DNA from: the human T2T-CHM13v2.0 reference genome, Homo sapiens
Length of the DNA stretch: 64,000 nt
Reading direction: 5' to 3' (one strand)
NCBI RefSeq assembly: GCF_009914755.1
Contig: NC_060939.1
This document shows positions 31,471 to 55,907 of the stretch, one piece after another (position 1 is the first letter of the stretch; the number at the start of each line of letters is the position of its first letter). A model generated the notes under the pieces. It had not been told where the DNA came from. It was given only the letters and a program-made list of their open reading frames with translations, and did no database searches. The translations under genes and the position numbers were made by a program.

Positions 31471-32517
31471 GTTGTGGGAGGGAATGGGATGGGCACTCAT
31501 AGGTTTAGAGTGAGGCCAGGATGGGCAGATGAATCTTAGGCCTCTTGAGCCCCTGGCCATTTTTCTTCCAGGACACCAGACCTAGGGGATTGCCAGAGGC
31601 AATGATGAATGCAGATAAAGACTCCAGAGGTGGTTATCAGTTTCTGGGGATGATGACATCTTCTGGGAAGGGAGTTCCAGTGGTAGTAATTATCAAGTGG
31701 TAAATGGGAGGTGAGAGGCAGGATTGTGGAAGGCAGACCTACTAAGCCTACCAAATGATATACTAATTGATAAATGGAGCACTCAGAATGACCAGTGAAA
31801 GCAAATGTTGGGTACAGGATTAGTTAGAGGAAGTGATTACCTTCTTCCTCAAAGGACAGGATAGCTTGACTACTGAAGTGCAAAGGGGAGGAGCATGACC
31901 TTGTGAGTTGAAAGCTGCTTTGTCTCCACAACTCAAAATATTTATCATTCCCTGCACATGGGCTGACAAACATCCGGTCTATTCTTTCCTTTTATTTACT
32001 CTGGTCATGTGGCAGAGACCCAGGTTGTTCTCAAAATCTGAGACTAGTTATAGAAGGCTTTGTGGTCTCAAGAGGTTCAAGTTGGACACTGTCTCCAGAA
32101 ATTAGGAGTATCTGTTCTCTTCAAGGTATTGGGCCTCTCAAGATAGAAGGAAGGACAGAATGCAAATAAGAAAACCTTTGGACTAAATTTCCCTGAAGCC
32201 AGAAAGTGTCACTCTCTCTATGCTTCTCTTAAAATGTGTGTGTTGGGAGAGGCTGTAAGTTTTGTATTACTAGTTTAATTCTACCATTTCTACAAATTTG
32301 CCTTGCTTCCAGAAAATTCTGACTTCCAAAGCAGAAAAATTAGAGGGGCTCTTTGGATTATTTATTTGGTTTTATAAAATTATTCCAATAGATATTTCCC
32401 AGTACTTTTAAATGTTTAATTATATAACCATTATTTAAAAAGTAAATGTATAGTTTTTGTCTCAGAAATTGATTTTATTACAAGGAAAGCCAGGTTTTGT
32501 CTAAAATATTTAAGCAA

Positions 32518-33562
<1,045 letters not shown>

Positions 33563-33732
33563 GGAGGGGATACTCTTGTTGCCCCATCCAATTAAATGTG
33601 GGATCCTAGTTTTGTTTGCAGGTGGTAGTCTTGCATTTCCAAAAATCATTCGTGTGATCTGCCTCTCATCAAACTTTATGTACAGGTTTGATGGGTTTTG
33701 ACTGAAAACATTCTCTCCATAATCTTTAACTA

Positions 33733-34499
33733 TAGTCAGTCCTCATTATTCACAGATTCTGTTTGCAAATTTGCCTATTGCTGAAACTTATTTGTAACCT
33801 CGAAGTAGTCATAGCACCTTTGTAGTCACTTTTGAACATGCACAGTAACGAGATACTTGAGTCACCCTACGGGAACGTTGCCAGCTGAGGCCAAACAAGA
33901 CAAGATTCTGCCTTCTTGTTTCAACTCTCGTACTGTAAACGAGTGTCCTTTCCATGGTCTATTTGGTGCCATGATTTTTTTGTTTTTAGAAACAGGATCT
34001 CTCTATGTTGACCAGGCTGGACTCAAACTCCTGGGCTCAAGTGACCCTCCTGTCTCAGCCTCCTGAGTAGCTGGGACTATAGGCACATGCCACTGTGCCG
34101 AGCCATCACATGTTTTGCTTTCCGTTGGTGATTTTGCTGTTTAAAGTGGCCCCCAAATCTATTGCTGAAGTGCTGTATAGAGTTCCTAAGCACAGAAGGC
34201 TGTGAAGTGCCCTACAGAGAAAATACATGTTAGATAAGCTTTATTCAGGCATGAGTTACAGTGCTTTTGGCAGCGAGTTCAGTGCTAATGAATCAACAAT
34301 AAGTATTTAAAAAGGTGTCTTGAAACAGAAATACACATAAAACAAGATTATATATTCACTGGCTGATGAGAATGTTGTGCCAGAGGTTTGCAGGAACCTA
34401 GCCTTGTATTTCCCCTAGGAGCAGGGTTCAGTTTTCACTAATTTACTGTTCATGATCACTTTACAGAACATAAGTACCACAAATAATGAGAATCCACTG
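33733..34499 (+). mobile_element. MER82 (TcMar-Tigger) DNA transposon with an antisense Alu monomer (~33975-34103)
   Basis: Terminal inverted repeats tagtcagtcctcattatt / aataatgagaatccactg; the internal cagctgagg..aaacaag..ctgccttcttgtttca matches recalled MER82. Confidence 0.78.
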
Positions 34500-34699
34500 T
34501 GAGAATGAACTGTACTTGGCAATGAATTTCTTCAGTGGAAGGCTGTTTTGTTTATTTACAAATCAAATTACAACGTGTTCTTCTATAAACCGTGTCTAGG
34601 AGAGCAGTCATTTTAAATTAAGAGTATAAACAGACACACAGAAGCTTCAAGTTGGAGACCATGGAAGTTATCAGCTGGCTGTAGGCCCCTCCTCTCCTC

Positions 34700-35732
34700 T
34701 GCAGTTCCTTTTAGACCCTCCTTGACAGGTGGCCATTGTTTTCTGATTGAATGCTTCCAGTGATGTAGCATTCACTTCACCAGGGAAGTCCTGTCCACTG
34801 TGGCTCAGTTCCAATATCCAAAACAATCCTTTCTTATGCTGAGCCAATGCCTCTCGTAATAGCCCTCTCAGTGGTTTTAGATCTGAAATCCAGAGCAACC
34901 ATTCTCTCCTCTGCACACAACAACCCTTTAGCAAATCTCTTCTGCAGGTTAATCAGACCCAATTCTCACATCTTTTTTTCAGAGAACATGATTTCCACAC
35001 CCTGCCTGAATGTCTCCTAATGAATTACTCTAATTTGCTATGTGTGGTAGCTTTTGTAAATGTGGTGTCTGTATTTGAACACATAAGTTGAGAAATCTTG
35101 AGCTGAATAGCATAGGTGTGGTACCCCCTGGGACGTGGACACTGTTTCCTATTCACACATTTTGTTCTATTTTGTTACGTTTTTTTGGCATCTGCTCACA
35201 CTGCATTTTACCCTTATTGTCACATTACCAGGTTAAGCCAAGTCTCCCAAATCCTGGTCCTTTTCAAATGATTTTTCTGAACAAAGATATTGTACTTTAT
35301 TGCAGTCAAATGTCATCTTTTTAAAAAGATTCTTTGCAACCTATGGAAATGATTTTGAGTAATCATCCTGTAATCCATCACACTGTATGTTTTATAGCTC
35401 CCTTAAGTTTAATAAGTACCTTAACTCAAAACATTGATAAAAATATTACTCAGCCAGGCACGATGGCTTACACCTGTAATCCCAGCACTTTGGGAGGCCG
35501 AGGTGGGCGGATCACAAGGTCAGGAGTTCGAGACCAGCCTGGCCAATATGGTGAAACCTCGTCTTTACTAAAAATACAAAAATTAGCCGGGCGTGGTGGT
35601 GGGTGCCTGTAGTCCCAGCTACTCGGGAGGATGAGGCATGAGAATGCCTTGAACCCGGGAGGCGGAGGTTGCAGTGAGACAAGATTGTGCCACTATACTC
35701 CAGCCTGGGCGACAGAGTGAGACTCCGCCTGG

Positions 35733-35770
<38 letters not shown>

Positions 35771-36150
35771 TATTACACAAGACTAAAGAGGGGAAAATCT
35801 GTATTGCTTTTCTAGAGAACTCTCTCAAGATTCCCTGTCATGCACTCTTTGAATCAACCTTTCTCTGCTATAATCTAAACCCACATCACTCCATCTTATC
35901 CACAAAGATGTCTTGCCTTCCTGAAATGACCAACCTCTTGGTTAAGTAATGTAATAATCCTATCAAGAAAGGAAGTGGTGTTTCTTTGTAATGACTCACT
36001 TGAAGAGAAGTCATGATGACCTCTTACATCTTCCCTAACATACTGTCTTTAATGATTTATATCAGACATTTTCCAGGGTTTACCATCAAATGTAGTAGTT
36101 TGTATTGCGAAACTCTATTTTCCATCCATTTTTAAAATCAAGGTATTTGG
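34700..36150 (-). mobile_element. CR1/L3 LINE fragments with a sense Alu (~35452-35748) and (TA)n
   Basis: ttgaatgcttccagtgatgtagcattcacttc...ttcttatgctgagcc is similar to the antisense L3 3' end. Confidence 0.55.
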
Positions 36151-36979
36151 TAGTTTGTCTTCATAGGGTAACTTAACTGGAAAAAGATAAAACAAGAAGC
36201 CTAAAGAGGGAACTTAAAGAGGTAATGTGGGAGCAACTGGGTGACTTAAGACACATCTCTGACTCATCTAAGCATTCACCAAGTCCACTTTACCCAATAA
36301 TCTTTCTTGTATTATCATCTCCTTCCTCACCTAGTAAAGGTACAATAACCATCTGAATATATTCTGTCTCTCTCATGAGATACAGTTTGGTTTGGCTTCT
36401 CTGTTACTTGCAACAGAAACAATTTTTACTTACACAGGAAGGGGAGGCTCCTTAGAGGACGTGGGAGTATTGTTACCAGAAGACCGTACATTGGATACAG
36501 GGCAGAAAAAACAATAGATTCTTCTACCTGCTCCAGGTCTCCAATCTCTTGCTCAATCTACCCTTCCTATTAATGCCAGTGTTATATTCTAAAATACTAG
36601 TTGTATCCTTTATGTTCCTCTCCTACTCTCTTTAGTGTAAAATCCAAAAGTTTTGGCCTTGTAATCAAGGCCTTCTCAATCTGGTGCTAACTTGTCTTCA
36701 TTCTCCCAGGCCTGTCAGACTTCTCCCATTTTCCAAAGTGTGCCCTGCATGCTCATGTCTTTGTACATTCTTTCATCTGGGATTTTTTTTTTTTTTCCAG
36801 ATACTACCCGATGGAATCAAGCCCAGCTCAAATACTCTCTCTCCCTGATGTCCCCGGTTCTTATCAATTGTTCCTTCCATTATAGTCCAACAACCGCAAA
36901 TAATTTGCATCTCTGCTCAGGAAGCACTCATCTATCTCTCGCTGTACTTATTTTTTCTCTCCTGCATTCCTCCACTATG

Positions 36980-38462
<1,483 letters not shown>

Positions 38463-38488
38463 CAGAATGGCATTAAGAACTGAAACCG

Positions 38489-39156
<668 letters not shown>

Positions 39157-39219
39157 CTACATTGACATGACTTTACAATTCAACTATCTGCAATAAATAT
39201 AACTTGAATTCCAAGAAAC

Positions 39220-40410
39220 TCTTGCCTAAAAAGGTGGAGTTGCAAATAACTTGATTGTGGTTTCAGGAACTTCCTAAAATCCATTTATCTCATTAAGTTA
39301 CTCACAGAATTTGCCTTCATCAGGGTAAACAGCCCTCTGTTCTACTGAGTTTAACAACTATTTATCCCTTTAGGCTCTCTTCAAAACTCTCCCCCTCCTC
39401 TGCCCACCCACCTTAAACTATTATAACACAAATTTGTCCCAAACCCAATCAGGACCCCTCACTGAAAAACCAGTCTTAAACCAGATCCCTGGGCCAGGTG
39501 TGGTGGCTCATGCCTGTAATCCCAGCACTTTCGGAGGGCAAGGCTGGTGGATCACCAGGTCAGGAGATCGAGACCATCCTGGTCAACATGGTAAAACCTC
39601 GTCTCTACTAAAAATACAAAAATCAGCTGGGTGTGCTGGCGCGCACCTGTAGTCCCAGCTACTCGGGAGGCTGAGGCGGGGGAATCGCTTGAGCAGAGGT
39701 TGCAGTGAGCAGAGGTTGCAGTGAGCCAAGATTGCACCACTCTGCACTCCAGCCTGGCGACAGACCGAGGCTCTGTCTCAAAAACAAACAAACAAACAAA
39801 CAAAAACCAGATCCCCCAAATCTTGTAATTATTCCATCCTTGACCTCCCCTTTGTCTCACGTGTCCGTGTGAAGAGACCACCAAACAGGCTTTGTGTGAA
39901 AAACAAGGCTGTTTATTTCACCTGGGTGCAGGCGGGCTGAGTCTGAAAAAGGAGTCAGCAAAGGGTGGTGGATTATCATTAGTTCTTACAGGTTTTGGGA
40001 TAGGCAGTGGAGTTAAGAGCAATGGTTTGGGGGCAGGGGGTGGATCTCACAAAGTACATTCTCAAGGGTGGGGAGAGTTACAAGGAATCTTCTTAAGGAT
40101 GGGGGAGATTATAAAGAACCTTCTTAAGGGTGGGGGAGATTACAAAGTACACTGATCAGTTAGGTTGGGGCAGAAATAAATCACAATGATGGAATGTCAT
40201 CAGTTAAGGCTATTTTCATTTTTTTTGTGGATCTTCAGTTGCTTCAGGTCATCTGGATGTATATGTGCAGGTCACTGGGGATACGATGGCTTAGCTTGGG
40301 CTCAGAGGCCTGACACCCTTTTGAAATGCTACAAAGATTCTGTCAATTTAGTGGTCTCCCTTACTATTGTAAGCCAACTTTGCATTATCCACAGGAAGTC
40401 AGCAGTGACA
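39220..40410 (+). mobile_element. MER67-like ERV1 LTR hosting an Alu (~39492-39805) and LTR7B
   Basis: ccaaacccaatcag...ttaaaccaga and gtggtctcccttact...gtaagc...tgaca resemble recalled MER67. Confidence 0.5.
39853..40315 (-). mobile_element. Solo HERV-H LTR (LTR7B-like)
   Basis: The reverse complement begins TGTCAGGCCTCTGAGCCCAAGCTAAGCCATC and ends GGTGGTCTCTTCACACGGACACGTGAGACA; 5-bp TSD CCCTT at 39848-39852 and 40316-40320. Confidence 0.93.
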
Positions 40411-40745
40411 CTGGATTAAATGCTCCTTGAGGGAAGGCACAGTGCTTGGTATTTATTCTCCCACCTTCTCTGGGTGATCAGACATTGATGGAAAAGGAAG
40501 GTAAACGAGTTCTCAAAGAGTGAGAGGAAAAATGTCCTGAGGATCAGAGGAGAGCCTAGAGCAGAGGCAGTGGGGCTGAAGGTACGAGCTCTCGTTGCAG
40601 AAGCTGGAAATTCTGCGGTTGGAACAAGTCTCCCCTTTCTCTTGGTTTTTTTCACTCATTACCTCTTCTTCACACCTGGTACTCAGCTGACGTTGTTTTA
40701 AATATTAAAAAATATAAAGCATTCAAGCTCACCCCAACCACTTAA

Positions 40746-41043
<298 letters not shown>

Positions 41044-41959
41044 CTTTGTGATCTTTTTGAAGTGGTCTTTGCCTCTTTCTTGAAGATGCCCATAATAATG
41101 ACTAGAAGGGCTATTCTATGTCTGGTTCTCAGCAAGATGGTGATGAAGTCATTGAAAAAATATGCTGACCTGCGTCTCTAATTTCATAAATACTTAAATT
41201 TCACATAAACACTGAAAAGGCTCCTTGGACTCAATAAGCCATGATAAGTAATGTAAGTTTGCTTTTAGCCAAGTGGGCCCAAGAAGGCACCCATCCACCT
41301 TTCTACGTTTCATAGTGCATCCCTTCCCAAATTCAAATTGTCCTATCCCAGTTCCTGCAACAAGCCAGGTACTCTGGCCTCCCAGTCTTTGCTCACAGAA
41401 ACACCCTCCCCACCTCCTGGTTATATCCGCTCCTCCGGGATCCAGCTGAAAGGCCACCTTGGCGACCACTCCTGAAAGCCTTCCTCCATACTCTGGCAGA
41501 ATGAATGACCTTAGTATTGGCCTCTAACGCGTCTGTCTTGTGCTCGGGCTGTCGCCTTCCAGCCAATCCATCTTAAGGTCCACCCTTCCTGGAGACTGAG
41601 GCCTCTTCCTCTCGGATTGCCCAGTGCCTTGCACGTAGTAGGTGCTTAGTAAACGCTGGCACTGGGTTTGGTCACTTTGTTCCCTTAATGCCAGGGCAGG
41701 TAGTAGAGCAAACGGCCCCAGCTGTCTTCCTCCCTGCCCGCCCGCAGGCAAAGCCCCCAGGAGACGCCGGACGAGCCGCGTGCCTTTCCCACCGCCTCCG
41801 CGGCGCGCGCAGCCCAGTCACGGGCGCTGGAAATTCCGGCGCGTGCGGGTGCGCTGGGCAGGGCGGGGGCGGGAGAACCCGTGGAGTGAGCCTGTGACGT
41901 GAGGGGGGCGTGGCACCGCGAAGCCCCGCCCCCTCTTCCTCGCCCTCTCTCGCGGGTCG

Positions 41960-42092
41960 GGGTTACATGGCGGCGACTGCGGCAAAGCGAGAGCCTCGGA
42001 GACGCCGCTGCCGCCAGCACAGCCGGAGATCTGAGCCGACACTGGGGGCAGTCCGCGAGCCCCGCACTCTCTCGATGAGTCGGAGAAGTCCC
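41960..42092 (+). other. MAPK6: Non-coding (5' UTR) exon 1 of MAPK6/ERK3; TSS approximate
   Basis: GGCGGCGACTGCGGCAAAGCGAGAGCCTCGGAGACGCC...GATGAGTCGGAGAAGTCCC matches my recollection of the MAPK6 mRNA 5' end. It is followed by the consensus donor GTGAGT at 42093-42098. Confidence 0.85.
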
Positions 42093-42160
42093 GTGAGTGT
42101 GTGTGTGTACGTGTGCGGGGTGCGCCGGCGGGGCGGCTCGGGAGGGCGCCGCGGCGGGCC

Positions 42161-42190
42161 CGGCGGCGGCGGCGGCGGCGGCGACGGCGG
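42161..42190 (+). repeat. (CGG)7 CGA (CGG)2 trinucleotide repeat
   Basis: Read directly: cggcggcggcggcggcggcgg cga cggcgg. Confidence 0.95.
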
Positions 42191-44755
42191 AGCCGGCTCC
42201 CTCCTCCATTGTGTGTGATCCTCCGGCGGCTGCCGCTCAACAAAGGCGTTTTTGTTCGGTCTGCCGCCCGCCCCCTGCTCGCCCGCCTGCCCGCCCGCTC
42301 GGGCCTGGCCGGCGCGTCCCCGCGCGGGCGGGCGGGCGGCGGGCTGGGGTCCCCGCGTGGGGCCGGCCAGGCGGCCAGCGCGCCCCTCCCACCCGGCACG
42401 CCCCTCGCCGGTCGCCCTGCCAGGCCGCGCCCGCTCCCTGGCCCCGCACGCCTGCTGCCGTCCCGCCGCCTGCGCCTGGCTCCGCGGGTTCGAAACCCAG
42501 CCGGACCGGACCGGAGGGCGGGCGAGCGAGGGGCGGCGGCCCGGGGAACATGAGGTGGCGTGGAGTCTCGCCTTACTGGCACGCTGCCTTTCGAAATGCT
42601 CCCGCGTCTCCTCCCCCATCCCACCCGGTGACTCGGCCTCAGCTGACTCCGGCCGGGCAAAGTCTCCAGTGGCGTAGCGCGCAGCGCTCACCCGGCTCGT
42701 CTCAGAGCCCTGAAGTCCGCCCAAGTTTTGAGTCTTGCCATGAATGAGGTACTGAAAACTCGGAGACGAAATTCCTAATTTCCTCCCTCGGCCCTACAGT
42801 CTTTCCTTAGCTTCTTTCGGGACCTTAAGTGGTGGTCTGTAAAAGTGCCCAAATGAAAGCTTGTTTTGTCGGTTCACCAAAAAGGGCCTTGTCACTTTGC
42901 TGTGCATTTTAGTCCGCCTTGTGAGTTGTGTCGAAAAGTAAAGGTGTTTTGGCATCCTTTTGTTTCTTGGCGAGTGTAGGACCCAACCGGTTTAGGTGTT
43001 AGGGGGATCTCTGTGCAGCGGGAGCTTCTTGATTCCTTTCCTGTTTTATTTTTTCTTTTGCTTGTTCATTGGAAAAGGTCCAGTGAAAGGGACTGGTGAG
43101 TTGGAATTAGAAGCCTACTTGTATTAACGGCAGAATTCGTGTTCATTGCTAAAGATGCAGTCTCAGTAATGACTTTTTTTTTTTTAACGGATACAGATGA
43201 TTTGTCAAGGGGAAAAATTAACACGCCATACAATGAAGAGCAAGCAGCTTCAGAGTAATTTTCTGATGGCTGATTCTTCTAGCCTGTCTCTTACAGTTCC
43301 AATTGCACATGTCCTCCCTCTTTAACGCTGGAAAACTGAGATGGAAAGAATGATCTGACCAGAAGAATGTAGGGTCCAAACAGGGCCTGGCCCTGAAATC
43401 AGGAATTTCTTCATAGAAATATCAGATTTTAATGTTTAAAAAATAATTTTGAATTGGGTGAAAGGAACTTTGTCTTTAGATAGTAGTTGTTCAAACATGT
43501 TTATGAAGTGTTTGCTATGTGCCAGGGATTGTAAAGTCATTTCACATATGTTACATCATTTATTAAGAATTGCCTTAAGCTTGTAAAATTATTCATTGAT
43601 GTCCTGAATTCAGTAATTGCAGTTAATCTAGAAAATATGCCAGATTTGAGCAGAACATATTTGATCACCTAGGTATTACTGTTGAGAAGAAAACACTGGA
43701 AAATGGAGACTATTTTAGAAAAAACTTCGTATATGAGGATATTCTGGAATTCATTTATTTGCAAAAGAGGATTAGAAGTAGTCGTTGGCTACTTTCTGTT
43801 ATTAAAAAATCCAGAGAAGAGTGATTTGAAGTCAGTTAATTTTGTAATAAAAAAATGCACACATTCTAAAGACTAATGTTAGCACTAAAAGTGTTGCAGT
43901 GCTTTACATAAATTCATTTAAAGCATCGTGAGAATCATAACTGACAAAATAGTAAGGTTTGCTGACTCAGGGTACTTTGCTGAAGGGGATGGGGGTCGGG
44001 TAGGAGGAAGCTTACAAGTGCTGCTGCAAGTTTTGAGTTGGATGATGACTCATGCTGCCCACGGACTGCTACGTGGCTTTTTTTTTTTTTTTTTTAAATA
44101 CACTGTATTTTTTTCTAAATGATAGGCTAAAATGTTCCTGTCCACATTGAAATTCTCTCTCATTTTTTCTGAAGAGGAACAGCAGTTTCTCTAAAAAAGT
44201 AATGGCTTCTTAAATTGCATTTTAAAAGGATATCATATACCCTACAGGTGGAATTGTGTAACATTTGCTGAGAGGAAAGGTAAAACCAATTTCTGGTCAG
44301 GTGCTGAAATTAAATGTTTGATACTAGCAGTTTTTTGGCTACTGCTGAGAGAGATTTGTTACAGGTTGTTTATAAAGGACAGATAGTACTTTTATGGTGT
44401 CGGTAGAAATTGACCTTATGTTTTTATTGGTTATGTGAAAGTTATCTTTATATTTAATATTTAATCAGATATGGCTCTGAATATGAAAGTTTCACTCAGA
44501 ATTATTAAAACATAATTATATATTGTGCTTTGTGATTTATGTGAATTTTCTGTTTTAATAAAGACAATTTGAAATAGGTATTAGTCACTATTTTTCATGG
44601 TTTTTTTTTAAAGATAAGCTGAATGTACAGTTCTAAGTTGAAACTTGGTAATAAGATAAATCTTTTGACTGATTTTAAAACAGCCAACGTTTAGCAAGGT
44701 GGCTTAAAATAAGATTGAGAGGGGGAAAAAGATTGAGAATGGCAGTTTAAGAGTG

Positions 44756-46627
<1,872 letters not shown>

Positions 46628-46989
46628 AATAGAGTTCTAAAAGTTTTGTCTTTTATACATGTCAGTCTTCTAAGTCCATTTCTAAAAAATTGTTCAGAGA
46701 TTGAATGTTTGTATAGCAAATACAATTTCCCATTGATTTTCGTTAAATTTGGTATTTTTTTCACAGAAAAAAATGGTATCATAAAACTTGTTTTTTAGAA
46801 TCCTAGCATTTACCTCAGAAAAGTCTGCCTCTGCAGAAAGTGCAAATCTGTATGCATTTAATTCTGTACAATCATAAAACTTTAAAATATTAGTGTTTTG
46901 GAGGGGTCATGGGCATTATCTTGCTTCATTCATGTACATCGTTTGACAGCTAAGGAAACCAAGGCCTGAAGAGATCTAAGATCTTGGTA

Positions 46990-47750
<761 letters not shown>

Positions 47751-47838
47751 AAACGATGCATACACCTGGGCAACATAGTGAGACCCTGTCTCTACAAAAT
47801 AAAATAAAATTAGCCTGTTGTAGTGGTGCACACCTTTA

Positions 47839-47982
<144 letters not shown>

Positions 47983-48082
47983 TTAAAATGATGCATACAT
48001 GGTTGCTCAGCTCGTTAGTCTTCTGAGTTGCTCTTTCCACTGGCCCTTCTGAAAAAAGTCAAATGGAAAATTTGGAAGCTAA

Positions 48083-48558
<476 letters not shown>

Positions 48559-48999
48559 TCTAGATGATCTTTGCCCACTCTAAAATCTAAGCTGTAATTT
48601 AATAACTGGTTAGACTCAGTTTAATAATTGTCCTTTCTTAATGTACAAATTGGAGAGAGAGTATGTGGACTTAGTTTTTCTAATATGCCCAGATATTATT
48701 TCAGTATGTATTATAAAACAGTGCTGATTTTCTAATTGATACATCTGTGTTCAATAAAGTAGATAATCTAAGTTGTAAGCAAGTCAGTTTCTTTCCATCT
48801 TAACAGGTATTTTCACTTGAATTTTTAAAAAGTAGCTATTAAGTTTTCCTTAGTTATCCTGTGGAAAGCATTGGCAGGATAGTTTTTGCCTCTGGCCTAG
48901 TCCCTCTAGGCTTGTTGGCACTTGTTGATTACTTCCAGATTGATCTGCTGTTTATGTTAATTCCAGGTACCGAAACAGTGGTTCTTAACCTCCTACCTT

Positions 49000-51115
<2,116 letters not shown>

Positions 51116-51209
51116 CAGCCTGTTGACTTCTTAAGGACTTACCTCGTTCTTGCCTACATCATGAATTTTTCCCTTTCTGGATTATCTTTATTAATATGCA
51201 GATGTGCTT

Positions 51210-51428
51210 TAGGGCTGTACTGTCCAGTATGGTAGCTACTAATCAATAGTGCTTTCTGCAATGAAATGTGTGGCTGTTAAAAGAAAAATTTAAAAAATTT
51301 AGGTCCTCAGTGATGCTAGTCATATTTCAGTTGTTCAGTAGCCATATATGGTGCTAATGGCTGCTCTATTGGACAGTGCAGATATAGAACATCCCTATCA
51401 TTGCAGACAACACTATTGGACAGCACTA
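51210..51428. mobile_element. MER33/MER3-like hAT element
   Basis: tgtccagtatggtagctact...ggacagtgcagatatagaacat...tattggacagcact. Confidence 0.65.
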
Positions 51429-51439
51429 AGTGTGGCTTC

Positions 51440-53125
<1,686 letters not shown>

Positions 53126-53311
53126 AAATGTTTGATTCCTTTAAATCTCAGAAGGGAAAAACTGCATAATAATTGCATTGTACCCAGTGTAACGTGATTC
53201 TGGACTGGGTCCTTTACCTCCCAAGTACATGATTGAGATAATTGCAGAAACTTAAATGGGGCCTGATTATCAGATGGTAGTACTATACCAGCGTTAATTT
53301 CTTGATTTTGA

Positions 53312-55838
<2,527 letters not shown>

Positions 55839-55907
55839 TCTTTCTACTTTTGTCTTTTCTTTGAAAAGGTCTTTTGAAGGTTATTTCTCTTAGATACAGA
55901 ATTCTGG

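Larger units (their letters stand above)
41710..42770. promoter_or_regulatory. MAPK6: CpG island / promoter of MAPK6, probably bidirectional
   Basis: About 1 kb of very GC- and CpG-rich sequence in an otherwise CpG-depleted window. Contains GC boxes (41861-41873, 41924-41932), TGACGTG (41895-41901), GGAAATTCC (41829-41837) and a YY1-type CATGGCGGC (41966-41974). Confidence 0.92.

Noticed and set aside
39690-39726. 16-bp tandem duplication tgagcagaggttgcag in an Alu
   Set aside because: Simple microhomology slippage within the Alu right arm.
41685-42747. Long overlapping ORFs (up to 280 aa) on both strands of the CpG island
   Set aside because: These are expected from stop-codon scarcity in very GC-rich DNA. 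The sequences are Arg/Gly/Pro/Ala low-complexity with no family resemblance.
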